Shown here one piece after another: positions 56,440 to 64,000 of a DNA stretch of 64,000 nucleotides (positions are counted from its first letter, which is position 1; every line of letters begins with the position of its first letter). Below the pieces are notes generated by a model. It searched no databases and was not told where the DNA came from. It saw nothing but the letters and a program-made list of their open reading frames with translations. This DNA comes from a virus (taxonomy: Duplodnaviria; Heunggongvirae; Uroviricota; Caudoviricetes), in the IMG/VR virus record IMGVR_UViG_3300029713_000003, positions 17,710 to 81,709 of that record; one strand, given 5' to 3'. Made by a program: the position numbers and the translations under genes.

Positions 56440-56707
56440 GACGGCTGTTTATTATATGAGCGACGATGCTTTTGCCCGCATCTCGACCAATGAAATCAAA
56501 TGGAAAAACTGGGCGCACAAGATGGCAGAGGAACATCCGCAGGAAGTCCGCATTCAGTCGGAAAGCGAGAGCTATCTTGTTGCGCAGTTTCCCAAGCGTT
56601 ACCTCAAGCTGAGCCCGCCGCGCCAGATGTCCGAGGAACAACGTCAGAAGGCAGCAGAGAGGCTGTCGGCTTACCGTCCTAACAAAGGAGGCGCATCTCA
56701 TGATTGA
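56432..56707 (+). CDS. Hypothetical protein, about 91 aa
   Basis: RBS GAGGAGGATGACGACG-ATG. Confidence 0.4.
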   Translation: MYETAVYYMSDDAFARISTNEIKWKNWAHKMAEEHPQEVRIQSESESYLVAQFPKRYLKLSPPRQMSEEQRQKAAERLSAYRPNKGGASHD

Positions 56708-57485
56708 TCGTCCAAATGATTTGGGTAATCTGATTGCCTATTATGTACCGCCCCTTGCGGAAATGCAGATGTCGAAAAAGGAATATCACCCTTATGCCAA
56801 CTGGGTGCGTGTTCTTCGCCCGGTGGAACGGGATTCTGTATATGTGCAGGAGTACCGGCTCCGTCCTTTTGATTTGTATGACGGCGTCCCTCCGTGGGAG
56901 TTCAGTACGGATACCAGGTGGAAGAAACTGCCCAAAGACTGGACTTATTCTACTGATTTGATGGCTTCCCGCCGCACCATCGACGAAAAACTCAAGGCGG
57001 AATGGCAGGAGTTCGCCAAGAATGCCAGCACGAAAGACCCGGAAAGCCTGCTTCTGGCTATTGAGAAAGGTTTCTTTGTTCCGCGAAACTGCACTCGCTG
57101 TCATGTGGAGGCGGAGATTATCAAAAACCAGTACCGCCTCATCTATGCAGCTGATCGTACACTGAATGATAATGATACCCGCATCATTCCCCGTTCTAAA
57201 CTTTACTACACCTATGAGGAGGCTTTTGTTCAGGCAGAAGGAGTGATTACCGACCGCTTGAATGAGCTGGAAAGCCTGCATCGAGCGGATGTTGTCAACG
57301 ATATTTGCGAAATCCTTGCCAAGGTGCCGGAAGTCCACCGCAAAGAGGTCAATTTCCTGCTCCGCAATAGGGAATACCCTTGCGGTTTCTCCCTTCGCTA
57401 TTTTGATGGTAAGGTTCTGTTTCGCTCTCGTCCTGGCAAGGACTGGGAAGTTCTTTGGGAGGTGCCGAAATGCTTCGAGAAATAA
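56700..57485 (+). CDS. Hypothetical protein, 261 aa
   Basis: RBS AAAGGAGG. Confidence 0.5.
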   Translation: MIDRPNDLGNLIAYYVPPLAEMQMSKKEYHPYANWVRVLRPVERDSVYVQEYRLRPFDLYDGVPPWEFSTDTRWKKLPKDWTYSTDLMASRRTIDEKLKAEWQEFAKNASTKDPESLLLAIEKGFFVPRNCTRCHVEAEIIKNQYRLIYAADRTLNDNDTRIIPRSKLYYTYEEAFVQAEGVITDRLNELESLHRADVVNDICEILAKVPEVHRKEVNFLLRNREYPCGFSLRYFDGKVLFRSRPGKDWEVLWEVPKCFEK

Positions 57486-57808
57486 TCTCAACCCAGAAAT
57501 GTGTGGAGCGACATGGTGCGCTGGTTGAAAAGTTGAGCGCCGAAGAACGTCTGAAGTTCATCAGCGAAATTCTTGTGGATTATGATGGAGCACGCAGTAT
57601 TGACGGCTTGTGTGACCTGATGGACGAGGTTCGTGGCTATGCCGCAGCAGTTCTTCCTACCGCAGAGTGGAAGAAGGATGGAACATGTTCCCATTGCGGA
57701 GGCGAAATGCTGGTAGACGCTGAGTTTGAGGAATGGAAACATAGCTCTTATTGTCCACACTGCGGTATAAAAATGAGAAACAACGATGACGAAAGCGAGG
57801 ATGATTGA
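57470..57808 (+). CDS. Zn-ribbon-containing protein, 112 aa
   Basis: RBS GGGAGGTG; C-terminal CSHCGG...CPHCG. Confidence 0.45.
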   Translation: MLREIISTQKCVERHGALVEKLSAEERLKFISEILVDYDGARSIDGLCDLMDEVRGYAAAVLPTAEWKKDGTCSHCGGEMLVDAEFEEWKHSSYCPHCGIKMRNNDDESEDD

Positions 57809-57810
57809 TA

Positions 57811-57954
57811 TGCAGAACATTGCCAAGCAAGACCTGATGCAGCTTATCGAGTTCCGTCAGGCGGTGTTGAACCTGCGCAATAACGGTCTCAATGAAAACC
57901 GCGCCATAGAACTGGTCAGGGAGGCTTTCCTCCGCCAGTTCAGTCATGCTTGAA
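57811..57954 (+). CDS. Small protein, 47 aa (below the ORF-track cutoff)
   Basis: RBS GAGGATGA-N5-ATG. Confidence 0.3.
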
Positions 57955-58170
57955 GCTCGCGCCGTTAAGGAGGCGCTGGTCTTTGACCGCTATTACGATG
58001 TGAATGAGTTTGCCAAGGAATTGTTTGTCACACCTTCAACGGTTCGACAGTGGCATAGGAGGGGCTGTTTGCCAACCGCCGTAAAAATCGGAAACATGCT
58101 TTTCATTCCCGTCGGCACACCGTATCCTGTCCGAACTCGCAAGTTTGACAGGTACATGGCACAAGGATAA
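57946..58170 (+). CDS. xis: Excisionase-family HTH DNA-binding protein (Xis-like), 74 aa
   Basis: FAKELFVTPSTVRQWHRRGCLPTAVKIGNMLFIP matches the excisionase/MerR-type winged HTH pattern. Confidence 0.5.
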   Translation: MLEARAVKEALVFDRYYDVNEFAKELFVTPSTVRQWHRRGCLPTAVKIGNMLFIPVGTPYPVRTRKFDRYMAQG

Positions 58171-58196
58171 CCCGTTGACTCTAAGAGGAATTTTCT

Positions 58197-58820
58197 ATGG
58201 ATTACATGGCTTACGATCAGCAAAACGATATGTATCTGGTGTTGGCTGGCACCAGCTGGGTTCCGTCCAAACGAAGGGATCTGGTCAAACCATCCTCTAA
58301 AGAAAAGCTGGAACGTATGATAAATCAGGTGTCCAAAGCCTATGATGGTCACTTCGACATCGTTCCTGTTCCTGACCCAGCGCCTTCCGCTCTTTCTGTT
58401 TTTGACCCTGCACTTGATAGGGTAAATGAGAAGAATCCGCCCAAGCCGAAGGTTTCCGTGGTTCACAATATGGAAGTGGACAAACCTGTCCAACTTCTCA
58501 TTGAAGCGATAGACGCGTTGGTCACTGCCGCAGAGCAGGCGGATGCCACCAGCTACTCTAACGCTCAATCGAAAATCGATTTGGAAATCAGCCGTCTTTA
58601 TCATCGTATCGAAACCGGAAAGCCGGACGCTGTTGAAATGGTCAAGACCTATAAACAACTGAAAGAGCTTTTGCTGGAGCGCCGCAAGATCAAGAATGCT
58701 TTGGCGGTGCTGCTTTATATTCACAGCAATCCGGGCTTGATACTTACCCGCATGGGGCTTGAAAAAATCCGCAGTCTTTCTGATCGCGCATGGGTTGAGG
58801 AGGAGAACAAAAATGACTAA
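58197..58820 (+). CDS. Hypothetical protein, 207 aa
   Basis: RBS AAGAGGAA. Confidence 0.5.
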   Translation: MDYMAYDQQNDMYLVLAGTSWVPSKRRDLVKPSSKEKLERMINQVSKAYDGHFDIVPVPDPAPSALSVFDPALDRVNEKNPPKPKVSVVHNMEVDKPVQLLIEAIDALVTAAEQADATSYSNAQSKIDLEISRLYHRIETGKPDAVEMVKTYKQLKELLLERRKIKNALAVLLYIHSNPGLILTRMGLEKIRSLSDRAWVEEENKND

Positions 58821-59163
58821 ACCCAAAGACCCGTTTGATACTTTCCGGGAAGCAAAACGAATCTTAAATCAAAGCACTTGTGTTACGGACGATGAATGCG
58901 AAGATGTTCTTCAAAATGTCTCGTGCATTCTCGGTGATTATCTGAATGTGGAACATAATAAGTGGAAGATGAGGAAAAACGTTACCAAGAATGTGCTTTT
59001 TGTCTTGTGTGTGCTTTCCTTTTGGGCAGGACTTTTGCTGTTTGGCTTTGGACTTGAAGCAATCTTTGAGGGAAAGCCGCTTCAAGCGCTGTTTGTCTTC
59101 CTTGTTGCAGCCGTTGACATGATTGCCTGCGCGATTTTTTATGGCATTCGTCAGAGTATGTAA
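58813..59163 (+). CDS. Membrane protein, 116 aa
   Basis: RBS GAGGAGGAG; two hydrophobic helices. Confidence 0.45.
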   Translation: MTKPKDPFDTFREAKRILNQSTCVTDDECEDVLQNVSCILGDYLNVEHNKWKMRKNVTKNVLFVLCVLSFWAGLLLFGFGLEAIFEGKPLQALFVFLVAAVDMIACAIFYGIRQSM

Positions 59164-59193
59164 TCAAAATTTGAAAGGAGCCTTATTCTAAAG

Positions 59194-59835
59194 ATGTTTG
59201 CTGCCTTTAATAACACCAAGAAGGCTTATCTCTGTCTGGATCGGATGCACCATTGGTCTCTTACCTGCAATCCTCACACCGCGTTTTGTACTACCAAGGA
59301 AAAGCTGATGAGTATTACAGCAACACAGGTCAAAATGATGCCGGATGATTGGGAATATCAGCAGGTCGAAAACGGAGTTCCTGTTTCCGGGCAAAAAGAA
59401 GCGGAGCCGGCAGAAAGCATCAACGTTCTGAAGCCGGTGGTCATCAGTGGAGAGTGGAAGGCGACCCAGGCCTATAACGAAATTCTGGATGCGGTTCAAA
59501 AGCTGTCCTCTGTTGTCAGCAAAACCCGTGCTTGCGAACTGGCGGCGGAAGTCAGCCGCTGCAACGCTGAAGTTATCGACATGGAGCACTTCATTGAGTT
59601 CAATGAGCTGGATGAAGTGCAGGGCTATGAGGCTTATCGGAAACTCCGTACCCTCCTCCAGCGCCGCAGGGATGTAAAGCAGCAGCTGGAACTGACCAAT
59701 CGCATCTTGGATAGCGGCGTTCGGCAGTTGACAGATGGGCACACCTTTGAACCTGCGCAGGATACCGTTACCAAGAACTATTATCCCCGTGGAGACGGCA
59801 CTATCTTTGCTGCATCCACTACCAACGAGTCATAA
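59194..59835 (+). CDS. Hypothetical protein, 213 aa
   Basis: RBS AAAGGAG. Confidence 0.5.
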   Translation: MFAAFNNTKKAYLCLDRMHHWSLTCNPHTAFCTTKEKLMSITATQVKMMPDDWEYQQVENGVPVSGQKEAEPAESINVLKPVVISGEWKATQAYNEILDAVQKLSSVVSKTRACELAAEVSRCNAEVIDMEHFIEFNELDEVQGYEAYRKLRTLLQRRRDVKQQLELTNRILDSGVRQLTDGHTFEPAQDTVTKNYYPRGDGTIFAASTTNES

Positions 59836-59848
59836 AAGGAGCATGACC

Positions 59849-60079
59849 ATGAACAAACTTCGTCGCAGCAGCATTCAGTCTATCATTGACGCTCTTGGAA
59901 CAGCCCAGTCGGATGTGGAAAATGTGCAGTATGAAGAGCAGGATTGTCTGGATAACCTCCCGGAGAATCTGCAGTCATCTGAACGCGCTGACCGTATGCA
60001 GGAGGCTATCGACGCCTTAGAGGAAGCCGCTGATCTGATTTCGCAGGCGGTTGAACAGCTGAACACGGCGATGGAATAA
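59849..60079 (+). CDS. Hypothetical acidic protein, 76 aa
   Basis: RBS AAAAGGAG. Confidence 0.45.
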   Translation: MNKLRRSSIQSIIDALGTAQSDVENVQYEEQDCLDNLPENLQSSERADRMQEAIDALEEAADLISQAVEQLNTAME

Positions 60080-60089
60080 GGAGGAGCCT

Positions 60090-60335
60090 ATGAAAAAGCC
60101 TGTGAATATTGGAGCTTTTCAGATTCGTGACCGAAGGCTGGAGCAATTCCTCTTCTATCACGATATCTTCTTTGTTGATTCTCATCAATGTGAGGATGGC
60201 TCCATGATTTGGGAGTATGAGGACTGTCCTTATTTTCGTGAAGTGCTTTTGGAGTGGAAGGAGATCTTGGTTCGCCGCAAGCAGCGCAGAATCAATGGCG
60301 AATATACCACTCCGCTTCCCAGAAAGAAGCATTAA
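60090..60335 (+). CDS. Hypothetical protein, 81 aa
   Basis: RBS TAAGGAGG. Confidence 0.45.
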   Translation: MKKPVNIGAFQIRDRRLEQFLFYHDIFFVDSHQCEDGSMIWEYEDCPYFREVLLEWKEILVRRKQRRINGEYTTPLPRKKH

Positions 60336-60347
60336 GGAGGGAGTATT

Positions 60348-61301
60348 TTGAGCACGGTTATTACTCTCAAGCGTTCCTTTGATCGGTATCCTATGATTAT
60401 GTTCTATGCCCAGTCCAGAAAGAAGCAGTGTTCGGAAACGACCAATCATCAGTGTGTGGAACGCCTGAATACCATTTTCGATGAGCTGATTGATAACTAC
60501 GGTGTCATTCTTCATGAGCGGTGGGTTGAAAAACTTACAGGTCATGTGCTGCAAAGCTGGTTTAATGATTTCGTGGATACCCGTAAACCATCTACCATCA
60601 ATAACTATCTTTCCTTCTTGAACCCTTTCCTTCGCTGGGCATTTAAGATTGGCTATATGCCGGATGACTTGACGGGTCTGCTTCGGACACTGCGCATCCC
60701 GTCTGTGGATAAAGTTCCGGAGTGGGATCGACCGCAGGAAAAATATCTTACCCATGCTCAAGTGGTACAGCTCCTTGAAAATATGGACATCGGCACTTAT
60801 GCCAAGAGAAACCGTGCCATTGCCGCACTGTTTCTCTTCTCCGGTATACGAGTCAGTGAACTTTGCAGCCTGACCATCGGCTCTGTTTTTGGCAGACCCC
60901 GTGGAACACTGTATTGTAAGCGAAAAGGCGGCACTTGGTGCGACGTTGAAATCAGCATGGATGTATATCCCTATCTGGAAGATTATCTGGAGACGCGGAA
61001 AGACCGTGACAACCTGTCCGCGCCGCTGTTCCTGTCGGCTCGCGGTAATCCAATGGATCGGTTCTCCGTGTATGCGGCTATCCGCCCTGTTCAGGAGAAG
61101 CTGGGCGTTGCCACAGGGCCCCATGCCTTGCGCCATACCTATATTTCGGAAGTGGAAAAGCTCAGCAGCCCTTCTGTAGCAAGAGATCTTGCCAACCACA
61201 AGTCTATTCGTATCACAAACCGCTATGACCATTCCAGTCCAGAGCAACGCAGAGATGCGGTGGATAAACTGCACTGGGGTAACGTTCCAAAGCTCGGCTG
61301 A
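60348..61301 (+). CDS. int: Tyrosine recombinase / phage integrase family protein, 317 aa (TTG start)
   Basis: C-terminal catalytic signature R...HALRHTYISE...HKSIRITNRY (R, H-x-x-R, H, Y). RBS TAAGGAGGG. Confidence 0.7.
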   Translation: MSTVITLKRSFDRYPMIMFYAQSRKKQCSETTNHQCVERLNTIFDELIDNYGVILHERWVEKLTGHVLQSWFNDFVDTRKPSTINNYLSFLNPFLRWAFKIGYMPDDLTGLLRTLRIPSVDKVPEWDRPQEKYLTHAQVVQLLENMDIGTYAKRNRAIAALFLFSGIRVSELCSLTIGSVFGRPRGTLYCKRKGGTWCDVEISMDVYPYLEDYLETRKDRDNLSAPLFLSARGNPMDRFSVYAAIRPVQEKLGVATGPHALRHTYISEVEKLSSPSVARDLANHKSIRITNRYDHSSPEQRRDAVDKLHWGNVPKLG

Positions 61302-61314
61302 TGGACGTTGTGGG

Positions 61315-61350
61315 AACCGGAGATGAAATAATCTCCGGTTTTTTATTTTT
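61315..61350 (+). terminator. Rho-independent terminator after the recombinase gene
   Basis: 10-bp stem AACCGGAGAT/ATCTCCGGTT with loop gaaata, followed by TTTTTTATTTTTT. Confidence 0.7.
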
Positions 61351-61351
61351 T

Positions 61352-61388
61352 ACCCGGAACGTTTCCATTTTTTTCGCCCCAATTAAAA
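61352..61388 (+). promoter_or_regulatory. Copy 3 of bipartite motif ACCCGGAAC-N14-CGCCCCAATTAAAA, about 50 nt upstream of the Sak4-SSB-sigma operon
   Basis: Seen in sequence. Confidence 0.45.
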
Positions 61389-61437
61389 GCGTACAATGTA
61401 AGGTTTTCCGCAACAAGCGGAAGCTAGGAGGTAAAAC

Positions 61438-62538
61438 ATGGCTACTCTTCAGTTCAAAAAGGCAAAACGAAGCCAAGTCGCAATCAAGATCGGCATCGGC
61501 GGCCCCAGTGGCTCCGGCAAGACCATGTCTTCGCTGCTGCTTGCCTATGGTTTGCTCAAGGCAGAGCATCCGGAATGGTCGGATGAGGAATGCTGGGATC
61601 ACATCTGCCTCATCGATACGGAGAACGGTTCCGGTTCGCTGTACACCGGAGACACCGTCGGCGAGACGCACATCGGCGAGTATAACACGATTGATATGGC
61701 TCCGCCTTTCACGCCGACTAGTTTCGTGGACGCCATCCATATGGCGGAGGAGCATGGGATGCGCGTCATCATCATCGACTCTCTGACCCATGCATGGACT
61801 GGTGAAGGCGGTTCGCTGGACAAGCAGGGCAAGATCGCTTCCCGTTCCGGTAATTCGTACACCGCATGGCGCGAGGTAACGCCGGAGCATAACCGGCTGG
61901 TGGATACCATGCTTCAGTCCAAGTGCCATCTGATTGCGGATATGCGAGCCAAGATGGATTACGAGCAGGTCAAGGGTGCGAACGGCAAATCTCAGGTGAA
62001 AGCCGTTGGCATGGGCGTCCAGATGCGCGAAGGCATCGAGTATGAGTTTACGACTTTCTTCATGCTGGATTATGAACACATCGCCAACGCCACCAAGGAT
62101 CGTACTCATATGTTCGATGGCGCGTACTTCACCATTTCGCCCAAGACTGGTCGCGCTTTCTATAATTGGCTGACCACAGGCGCTCCCATTAAGAAGGAAG
62201 AGAAGCAGGAAGCACCCGCTGTCCCGCAGCCCAAGAAAGCAGAAAAGAAGCCGCCTGTTTCCGAGCCGCCTGCTGCCGAGCCGTCTGCTGCACCCGAAAT
62301 GCCGGAGCCTCCGGCGGAGGATGACAGCTTGCCGTTTATGGATGATGAACCGACAGAAGCCGCTCACGTTACGATGGAACAACTGGATAAGGCAATTCGC
62401 TCTGCCTGCGCCGGTAAGACTACGGCAGAGAAGAAGGAAATCGGTGAGAAAATCAAGGCTGTCGCCGGCACCGGTAATTATATGAAGATTACCGATCAGA
62501 CAATCATTGACAAGCTCTACGAAATGTTTCAAGGATAA
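61438..62538 (+). CDS. RecA-core ATPase (Sak4 / AAA_24-like recombination protein) with a Pro/Glu/Ala-rich C-terminal extension
   Basis: Walker A GGPSGSGKT; Walker B RVIIIDS. Internal EDDSLPFMDDEP resembles an SSB C-terminal tail. Confidence 0.5.
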   Translation: MATLQFKKAKRSQVAIKIGIGGPSGSGKTMSSLLLAYGLLKAEHPEWSDEECWDHICLIDTENGSGSLYTGDTVGETHIGEYNTIDMAPPFTPTSFVDAIHMAEEHGMRVIIIDSLTHAWTGEGGSLDKQGKIASRSGNSYTAWREVTPEHNRLVDTMLQSKCHLIADMRAKMDYEQVKGANGKSQVKAVGMGVQMREGIEYEFTTFFMLDYEHIANATKDRTHMFDGAYFTISPKTGRAFYNWLTTGAPIKKEEKQEAPAVPQPKKAEKKPPVSEPPAAEPSAAPEMPEPPAEDDSLPFMDDEPTEAAHVTMEQLDKAIRSACAGKTTAEKKEIGEKIKAVAGTGNYMKITDQTIIDKLYEMFQG

Positions 62539-62549
62539 GGAGTATCATC

Positions 62550-62951
62550 ATGGCAGTTAACAAACTTCATACGATTGGCCGCTTGACCGCAGACCCCGAA
62601 ATGCGCGAGGCAGGCGGCGTCCCCTGCGTCAATTTCAACCTTGCTTCCGACACCCGCAATAAGGATGCCAGCGGTAATACGACGACGAACTACTATCGCG
62701 TTACGGCGTGGCGCAAAACCGCCGAGGTTATGGCAAAGTACTTGCATAAAGGCGACAAAATCTATATCGAGGGCGAGCTGGTTATTCGGGAGTACAAGGA
62801 TAATAACGGCAACAACCGCACGGCTGTCGGCATTACGGTTTCGGAGTTTGATTTCATTCAGACCAAGCGAAACGATCAGTCGGAATCGGCAAGCGCCGCC
62901 CCGAAACAGAGCGGTTTCACCGCTGTTGATGACGACGATCTCCCGTTCTAA
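62550..62951 (+). CDS. ssb: Single-stranded DNA-binding protein
   Basis: OB-fold-like N-terminus (NKLHTIGRLTADPE...), Gly/Asn-rich linker and the canonical acidic tail DDDDLPF. Confidence 0.75.
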   Translation: MAVNKLHTIGRLTADPEMREAGGVPCVNFNLASDTRNKDASGNTTTNYYRVTAWRKTAEVMAKYLHKGDKIYIEGELVIREYKDNNGNNRTAVGITVSEFDFIQTKRNDQSESASAAPKQSGFTAVDDDDLPF

Positions 62952-62988
62952 TCTCTTTTAATCCGCAGGGCGGTCACAAACACCGTCA

Positions 62989-63624
62989 ATGTCACCGTTC
63001 ATTAGAACGACTCACTGCCAACGTCACTTTGCTGGCCGCTCCTATGAAAGGAAGCGCATCAAAGTGGATGAACAGCGACTCATCGAGAAAAACAATCGTT
63101 GGATTTGGAAGAACGTGCATGCCTTTTCTCGTAAGCAAACCGGCTACGGCTCTATTCGGTATGATGAAGACGACCTCTATCAGGAATGTGTACTGTATTT
63201 ACTTCAGCGGTTCAGAAGATCAGGAAAAACCGTTGATGAATTTATGGTTTCCGATTTTGATCTGCGCCATGTCATGTGCGAATACATTCAGTCCCTGCTT
63301 CCCGTCACAACCCCAAAGACCGTCCGCAATTATTCCAAGATGATGACGGAGCATGGAGCGCAGAAAGTGGAACCAACCGAAGTTTTCTCTTCCGATATCA
63401 ATCAGGCTTCGGCGGACGCAGAGTTTGCGGTAGACATTCATCATTTGAAAGAGCGGCTAGACAAACGCGATCAGCAAGTTTTGAAATACATCCTGTTAGG
63501 GTATAGCTTTGCTGAAATCAGTAAGGAGATGACCATGCCAAAGGTTACACTGAATCGCGCTAAACAGCGCATAGGACGACAATATAACCAGTATATGGGA
63601 GGACGTTATGGAAAATTTGATTGA
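62989..63624 (+). CDS. Sigma-70 family (ECF-like) RNA polymerase sigma factor; possible alternative GTG start near 63063
   Basis: Region-2-like LYQECVLYLLQRF and region-4 HTH LDKRDQQVLKYILLGYSFAEISKEMTMPKVTLNRAKQRIGRQ. Confidence 0.55.
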   Translation: MSPFIRTTHCQRHFAGRSYERKRIKVDEQRLIEKNNRWIWKNVHAFSRKQTGYGSIRYDEDDLYQECVLYLLQRFRRSGKTVDEFMVSDFDLRHVMCEYIQSLLPVTTPKTVRNYSKMMTEHGAQKVEPTEVFSSDINQASADAEFAVDIHHLKERLDKRDQQVLKYILLGYSFAEISKEMTMPKVTLNRAKQRIGRQYNQYMGGRYGKFD

Positions 63625-63763
63625 TGTCTCGATGAGCAGAAGCCATTATGATGCACTTATCAAAACCTGTGGCTCTTACGAGAAGGCTGTGGCGTATGTC
63701 AACGATACCTATGGCTACCTCGGAACAGTCGTTAAGCTGGTTGTCACAGATTAAAGTAGAGTC
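63617..63763 (+). CDS. Small protein, 48 aa (below the ORF-track cutoff)
   Basis: RBS GGAGGACGTT-ATG overlapping the sigma gene stop. Confidence 0.3.
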
Positions 63764-63856
63764 GAACATGGAAACGTGTTCGACTTCTTTCAAACATGGG
63801 AGGAAGTGCTGTTCGGGTATGAGGCTAATGCAGATTATCAGTGTGGGTTCTTATGT

Positions 63857-64000
63857 ATGAATAGAAACGACGAGGCGAAGATCTTCGAACTTGCCGATCA
63901 ATACCTTGCCCCATATCGTATTAAAGAAAAGGCAGACGGACGGGAAATTGTTCCGCAGCTTTGCCCTTTTTGTCATGGCGGAGACCACGCAGACCAGCAG
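63857..64000 (+). CDS. DNA primase-like protein, N-terminal fragment (zinc-binding CPFCHGGDH); continues beyond the window
   Basis: Open frame to the window end; Cys-Pro-Phe-Cys-His motif. Confidence 0.3.
   Translation, partial: MNRNDEAKIFELADQYLAPYRIKEKADGREIVPQLCPFCHGGDHADQQ

Overview
This 64-kb window is almost entirely one tailed phage or prophage, siphovirus-like, with Firmicute-type AGGAGG ribosome-binding sites and about 50% GC. It has two divergent arms separated by an AT-rich, repeat-rich control region of about 1.2 kb (37.9-39.1 kb). The minus-strand arm (1-37.9 kb) is the late/structural module. Reading high to low it runs terminase small and large subunits, portal, scaffold, major capsid, connector genes, major tail protein, a G/GT chaperone pair with an AAAAAAC -1 slippery site, an extra 209-aa gene, a giant 3407-aa tape measure protein, a Dit-like protein, and a tail fibre longer than 1490 aa with tandem repeats that runs off the window start. 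Upstream of the structural genes sits a roughly 5.8-kb tRNA array (29.5-35.3 kb) with about 21 tRNA or tRNA-like genes, all on the minus strand. The array includes a canonical-looking tRNA with anticodon CUA (candidate amber suppressor), a class-I tRNA with anticodon CAA, several atypical or degenerate members and an ~800-nt unexplained gap. Embedded in it are a nucleoside 2-deoxyribosyltransferase-like gene, an SPFH/small-membrane-protein pair and a DUF2829 (Tad2-like) small protein. The plus-strand arm (39.1-64 kb) is a dense early/middle operon of about 55 small ORFs. It includes an ArdC-like antirestriction protein, tandem paralogs, an excisionase-like HTH protein, a tyrosine recombinase, a Sak4-like RecA-core ATPase, SSB, an ECF-like sigma factor and the start of a primase. 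A bipartite motif (ACCCGGAAC, 14-15 nt, CGCCCCAATTAWA) occurs three times and is proposed as the promoter for that sigma factor. One copy faces the late arm, one precedes the operon containing the ArdC-like gene, and one precedes the Sak4-SSB-sigma operon itself. Also present are two 18-bp palindromic operator copies, an iteron-like repeat field (40.57-41.04 kb) and a two-frame gene (49.37-50.07 kb). I had no search tools, so function calls rest on remembered family motifs and gene order. Coordinates I derived myself (tRNAs, motifs, alternative starts) may be off by 1-2 nt.
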